Below, piece by piece: positions 7,129 to 12,013 of a DNA stretch of 12,013 nt. Origin of the DNA: Calditrichaceae bacterium (GTDB lineage: Bacteria > Calditrichota > Calditrichia > Calditrichales > JBFXGD01); NCBI GenBank assembly GCA_050178385.1, contig JBFXGD010000106.1, forward strand, positions 1-12,013. Direction: 5' to 3'. Every line of letters begins with the position of its first letter. The first letter of the stretch is position 1. A model generated the notes under the pieces. The model worked only from the letters and a program-made list of their open reading frames with translations, was not told where the DNA came from and made no database searches. Position numbers and translations under genes: made by a program.

Positions 7129-7660
7129 GTAGGGGCGATGCATTCCAGTCAAAAGAATGCGAACAATGTCAAAAATATGGATGAGAATGCGGTAGGGGCG
7201 ATGCATTCCAGTCAGAAGAAAACGAACAATGCCAAATATATGGATGAGAATGCGGTAGGGGCGATGCATTCCAGTCAAAAGAATGCGAACAATGCCAAAT
7301 ATATGGATGAGAATGCGGTAGGGGCGATGCATTCCAGTCAAAAGAATGCGAACAATGTCAAAAATATGGATGAGAATGCGGTAGGGGCGATGCATTCCAA
7401 TCAGAAGAATACGAACAAAACCAACTACATGGATATGAATGCATCGCCCATACGGATGACACAACAATGCCAAATACACGGATATGAATGCATCACCCAT
7501 ACATTCCGGACAAAAGAATGCGAACAATGCCCAATATATGGATATGAATGCATCGCCCATACGGATGACACAACAAAACCAAATACACGGATATGAATGC
7601 ATCGCCCATACGGATGACACAACAATGCCAAATGTACGGATATGAATGCATCACCCATAC
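7129..7660 (+). repeat. Right array of the same REP/MITE-like element: 5 forward arms (63-bp period) followed by 5 inverted arms (49/60/49/49-bp periods)
   Basis: GTAGGGGCGATGCATTC starts at 7129, 7192, 7255, 7318 and 7381. GAATGCATC(G/A)CCCATAC starts at 7437, 7486, 7546, 7595 and 7644. The central complete element is 7381-7453 (17+39+17 bp). Confidence 0.96.
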
Positions 7661-8038
7661 GGATGCTCAAAAACAATTCGTGTGCCGGGCTGTAATGCCG
7701 CTTATGGAATTCTCAGGGCGCGCGGCGCGAAATTTATAACACCACCGGTTGATTGGGGCTCTGAAATCCGTTGTTTTTTTCATGATCCGGATGGTCATTT
7801 ATTTGAAATAAGTCAGGCTAAATAAATAGCCCGGAATATTACACCGGGAGATATTGCATATATGAATATATCATATAAAAATCCACCGCTAAACAACAAA
7901 ATATGATACGAGGCAATCTTACTCCGAACGGGATGATGCAGCCGGTAGAATTTACCACCCATTTTTCCAGGTGAAGTCAGTGGAAGATTTAAAAATAGTA
8001 GTATTACTTCCGGAACTGAATAAATTTGAGTCTTCAGA

Positions 8039-11000
8039 TTAGTTCATTTCCGTGTCCAGTACTTCCCGCACTTTTTTTGCTAAAACAGGTGGGGTAAATG
8101 GTTTTTGAAGCAGGTTAATCCCGGCCTCAAGCACGCCGTGGCGCGCGATTGCGTCATCCGTGTAGCCGGACATAAACAGAATTTTTATTCCCGGACACAT
8201 TCCGGCAATTTTATCAGCGACATCTTTGCCGCTCATCTTTGGTAATACCACATCGGTCAGAAGAAAATCTATCTCATTTGAATTGTTTTTACAGATATCG
8301 AGCGCTTCAGATCCGTTGGATGCTTCAAGAATTTTATATCCATAACCTGTCAGCGTTAATTTGGCCAGTTCTCTTAGCGCGCTATCGTCTTCTACGATTA
8401 ATATTGTTTCAGTACCGGTGACCGATTGCGGCGCGCGGACAGTTTTTTCAGTGGCTATTTCTATGTCAGTGATGACAGGAAGATATATTTTAAATGTGGT
8501 GCCTTTTCCGGGTTCACTATACACCCAGATATCTCCACCGATTTGTTTTACAATTCCATACACCGTTGAAAGCCCCAATCCCGTCCCTTTGCTTTTTCCT
8601 TTGGTTGTAAAAAAGGGTTCGAAAATTCTAGATTGTATCTCCGGGCTCATTCCTTTGCCATTATCAGTTATGGCAATCATCACATAATTTCCCGGTTTTA
8701 CCGACAGATGATAACTTGCATACTCTTCTTCGAGAAAGATGTCTTTAGTCTCTATAGACAGCTTGCCTCCCTCAGGCATCGCGTCTCTTGCATTGACCGC
8801 CAGATTCATGATAATCTGGTCAATTTGACCCGGATCTGCTTTTACTTTTGATAAATGTTTGTCATAAACAGAAGATAACTCGATGTCTTCTCCAATCAGA
8901 CGACGCAAGATCTTCTCCGATTCTTTGATGATATTATTGATGTTTAGGATCTTTGGCTCGATAATCTGCTTTCTGCTGAAGGCCAGTAACTGATTGGTTA
9001 ATGAGGAAGCTCTTTCGCCTGCTTTCAGAATCTGAGTAATCATTTTTCCCTGCGGATCATTTAAATCCCCGATTGAAAGCAGCATATTACAGTATCCCAA
9101 GATCACCGTTAACAGATTGTTAAAATCATGCGCGACCCCGCCTGCCAGCAGACCAACCGCTTCCAGCTTTTGCGCCTGCAGCAGTTGTTCTTCCAACAAT
9201 CTCCTTTCGGTAACATCGAAGACATACCCCTTTATTGTCTCCAGTTCGCCGTTATCGTTGAAATAACCTGCGGCATTTTGAACCGCGTAGACTGTCCTTC
9301 CGTCTTTTGTACGAAACTCAGATTCGTATCTGTCAACTTTTCCGTTTTTTTGAATCGTTTTCAACATATTCGTTCGTATATCCGGATCCGGATACACAGA
9401 AAAGGCATTGATTTTTTTTAATTCATCAAGAGACTCATAGCCCAGTAACTCAAGCATTGTGGAATTACACTCAAGGATGGCTCCATCCGCGGTAGAAACA
9501 TATATACCGGAAATATCATCTTCAAAAAACTGGCGGTATTTTTTCTCCGATTCCTGAAGACGGTTCTCAGCCAGTTTACGGCTGGTGATATCATAAAAAT
9601 GAACCCCGACCAGGCCCGACTGAGGCTGGTATGCATGATACTCAAAATATCGATTGATGTCTTCAAAATGATACTGAAAATGAATGGATTGACCTTCCAC
9701 CGCGACCGTAATTAATTTTTGTATGAAATTTTCACCGGAATTCTCAATGAGATCATGTACATTTTGCCTGATGACATTTTCTCTTTTTAGGCCTAAAATC
9801 CTTTCAAACGCGGGATTTACCTCGAGTACCCGCAGATCCTGGATTTGTCTTTTCTCGTTATAAGCCGTTTCCAGTAGCGCGAATCCTTCCTGCAGGTTTG
9901 TAAAAAGACTTTGATATCTTTCTTTTGCGTGTCCCAGCACTTTCTCCGCTTCTGTGCGTTTCTCCTCAGCGCGGGCTTTTTTTATTGCCAGCGACAGAAA
10001 ATCGGCAATATCTCTGAAGAGTTTGACCTCGCTCTCTGGCCATTTCATGGGTTCTGATGCTCCAAATATCAGGATTCCCTGAATATTCTCAGAATGATCA
10101 ACAGGAAAACCCATGATAGCAAGTGTGTTTATTTCTTTTAATTCCGCCACCAATGCTCCAAGCCTGTGATCCCTGGTAATATCACCGATAATTGTGGTTG
10201 TTCCTTCCTTTATCGCGCGGAGATAAACCGGCGCCGGGTTCAGGTCAAATGTACGTCCTTGCAATTCAATCATATCCGGAGGATCTGTAGAATATAAAAT
10301 TTTCAATATACCTTCATTATCCAGAATGGAATAGGTAATCCTATAGCGCGGGAAAAAGTTGCTGAGCTGTGTAACTGTCTGATTGATAATTTGTCGTTTA
10401 TTAAGACCTTTGGAAATCTCATTCAGCAGTTCATTTTGGATAAAAAGCCAAATCTGTTCCAGTTTTCCTGCGTCTTCAATTTCCTTTCGCTCTGTCGCGT
10501 CACTGATATACCCCTCAATATGGACAACATCGTCATTGGGCCCATAAATACCCTGCCCCTGCTCAAAAACCCATTTAGTACGTCCGGATTTGGTTAGGAT
10601 CCGGTACATTATTTTAAACGGTTGTTTGTTCTCGAGCGCGGTTTGTATTTCGTCCCAAACCATATTTCGATCATCAGGGTGAATAATTTGATTGTAATTG
10701 ATAGGCTCGTCATGAATTATCTCATCGGGCGTGTAGCCTGTTAGCGTTTCACATCCGTCGCTTATAAATTCCATTGTCCAGTTTTTATCGTTTTGGCACT
10801 TATAAACCATACCCGGTAAATTAGAGATAAGGGTTGATAAAACACGCTCATTTTCGCGGAGTTTATCGGTGCGTTCGGCAACTAACTCTTCGAGTTCCTC
10901 TCTGTATTTGGCCAGTTGTTTTTCAGTATAAATTTGGCCTGTGATATCTTTAAATGTTGTGAAAACCTGATATGGTTTTGGCCGGCCATGCTTAAACAAA

Positions 11001-11311
11001 GGAATAGCATCCACTTCGATCCACCGATGTTCATTTAATTCAGGCTGGAAAATTCCCATTACCACATCTTTTATCATTTTACCCTTTTCTAAAGCCACCA
11101 TCGCCGGATGAGTTTCCCCAGGAAAATCACTGCCGTCTAAATGTATGGCTTTCCATCGCGGATCAATCGGTTTTCGACCCTGTAATTGATCGATGGATAA
11201 ACCCAGTAATTTTTCGGCGGCAGGATTAGCAGATACTATTTGACTATCAGCAGCATGTACAATCACTCCGACCGTCATAGACTGGAAAAGTTGCTCGTAA
11301 TGGATTGACAT
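8039..11311 (-). CDS. Cytoplasmic hybrid sensor histidine kinase/response regulator (PAS-PAS-GAF-PAS-PAS-HisKA-HATPase-REC; CckA-like module)
   Basis: H-box GGVAHDFNNLL, N-box MNLAVNARDAM, G1 DNGKGM, F-box FEPFFTTK, G2 GTGLGL and receiver ILIVEDD...LLTDVVLP...KPF. PAS C-terminal motifs KDIT, SDAT, YDIT and FDVT. No obvious transmembrane helix. Start is 11311 (AGGA upstream) or 11338. Confidence 0.95.
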   Translation of the reverse strand: MSIHYEQLFQSMTVGVIVHAADSQIVSANPAAEKLLGLSIDQLQGRKPIDPRWKAIHLDGSDFPGETHPAMVALEKGKMIKDVVMGIFQPELNEHRWIEVDAIPLFKHGRPKPYQVFTTFKDITGQIYTEKQLAKYREELEELVAERTDKLRENERVLSTLISNLPGMVYKCQNDKNWTMEFISDGCETLTGYTPDEIIHDEPINYNQIIHPDDRNMVWDEIQTALENKQPFKIMYRILTKSGRTKWVFEQGQGIYGPNDDVVHIEGYISDATERKEIEDAGKLEQIWLFIQNELLNEISKGLNKRQIINQTVTQLSNFFPRYRITYSILDNEGILKILYSTDPPDMIELQGRTFDLNPAPVYLRAIKEGTTTIIGDITRDHRLGALVAELKEINTLAIMGFPVDHSENIQGILIFGASEPMKWPESEVKLFRDIADFLSLAIKKARAEEKRTEAEKVLGHAKERYQSLFTNLQEGFALLETAYNEKRQIQDLRVLEVNPAFERILGLKRENVIRQNVHDLIENSGENFIQKLITVAVEGQSIHFQYHFEDINRYFEYHAYQPQSGLVGVHFYDITSRKLAENRLQESEKKYRQFFEDDISGIYVSTADGAILECNSTMLELLGYESLDELKKINAFSVYPDPDIRTNMLKTIQKNGKVDRYESEFRTKDGRTVYAVQNAAGYFNDNGELETIKGYVFDVTERRLLEEQLLQAQKLEAVGLLAGGVAHDFNNLLTVILGYCNMLLSIGDLNDPQGKMITQILKAGERASSLTNQLLAFSRKQIIEPKILNINNIIKESEKILRRLIGEDIELSSVYDKHLSKVKADPGQIDQIIMNLAVNARDAMPEGGKLSIETKDIFLEEEYASYHLSVKPGNYVMIAITDNGKGMSPEIQSRIFEPFFTTKGKSKGTGLGLSTVYGIVKQIGGDIWVYSEPGKGTTFKIYLPVITDIEIATEKTVRAPQSVTGTETILIVEDDSALRELAKLTLTGYGYKILEASNGSEALDICKNNSNEIDFLLTDVVLPKMSGKDVADKIAGMCPGIKILFMSGYTDDAIARHGVLEAGINLLQKPFTPPVLAKKVREVLDTEMN

Positions 11312-12013
11312 CTTGTTTTCCTGAATGGAAGAAATCATTTTAATCCACGCTAAAGATAGTTAAGTATTAAAACAATAATTAGTTAATCGGACTAACCTAA
11401 CGTTTCTTTAGGTTCCCGCCAAAAATCTTTTATATAACAACTGAACGACTTGAAAACTTATTTCAGGTTCAAAAAATTTACGATCTTAATATTTGTAATG
11501 ATAAATCAGATATTCAGAATAAATTATAGTTGATTGGTTTGTTTAAAAAAGATTGATTTTGTATAGGTTTTCAATAAATGGGTCAGGAAAATTAGAGTTT
11601 ATCATATTGTAAAATGTCAAACTATTTGTCTTTGCCATTTTAAACACAATCGGTTATGTTTATTTCAACTTTTTTCCTAAAACCGCTGCCTCGGCAGCCT
11701 TTGACACTTTTATCACCTTCTTTGCACAAAAAACAAGAGAATCTTAAGCGCGTTGCCTGTTTAATCCACATCCGGTATAAACAGGCATTGCGCGAACAGG
11801 GTGAATCCATAGTATCAACTCGATATCTACATTTATGAATCTTGTCCGGGATATAATGTTCTTAATCATAGTCATCATTTAATCATTTCAATCACAGTTC
11901 AGACAACTTCCCACTTATCTTCTAACCCACCCCGGGCCCGATAAATCGTGCCCTCCCCTCCCTTATGCATCAGGCTGTTGCAGATTATTGTTGAGGGGAT
12001 AGTTTATATTACG

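Noticed and set aside
7129..7660. CRISPR array interpretation of the regularly spaced 17-bp repeats (also 384-547)
   Set aside because: The intervening sequences are near-identical to one another rather than unique spacers, the conserved part is only 17 bp, orientation flips mid-array, and no cas genes are present.
7063..7676. ORFs 7138-7596 (+, 21-aa repeats MHSSQKNANNVKNMDENAVGA), 7063-7620 (-) and 7425-7676 (-) as repeat proteins or RiPP precursors
   Set aside because: They are open because the 63-bp period is a multiple of 3. The 49-bp units shift frame, the same DNA element occurs in the opposite orientation at 207-602, and no modification enzymes or transporters are nearby.
774..10597. 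Numerous 60-140 aa ORFs antisense to or overlapping the main genes
   Set aside because: Shadow ORFs of well-supported genes, with no motifs or independent translation signals.
11656..11838. 60-aa ORF on + upstream of the kinase
   Set aside because: No RBS, no recognisable domain, and it overlaps the inverted-repeat structure. It cannot be supported as a gene.

Overview
Bacterial chromosomal window with eight credible genes. On the minus strand there is a translationally coupled pair: a COG3573/KsdD-like FAD dehydrogenase and a ThDP-dependent acetolactate-synthase-like enzyme with non-canonical motifs. Divergent from it is a four-gene ECF sigma / zinc-binding anti-sigma / two Spy-CpxP-ZraP-like periplasmic protein operon, which carries two copies of a putative ECF promoter (TGCAAG-N16-TGTCTA). 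A convergent monoheme cytochrome c lipoprotein shares a bidirectional terminator with that operon, and a large PAS/GAF hybrid histidine kinase follows. The most unusual feature is non-coding: a ~72-bp GTAG-type REP/MITE-like element with 17-bp inverted arms (GTAGGGGCGATGCATTC...GAATGCATCGCCCATAC). Its arms have been separately tandem-amplified (63-bp and 49-bp periods) into two arrays (207-602 and 7129-7660). The arrays are inverted relative to each other and bracket a 6.5-kb, seven-gene block, and one arm supplies the stop codon of the ThDP enzyme gene. No transposase, cas gene or RNA gene is recognisable. All calls come from reading the sequence by eye; no searches were run.
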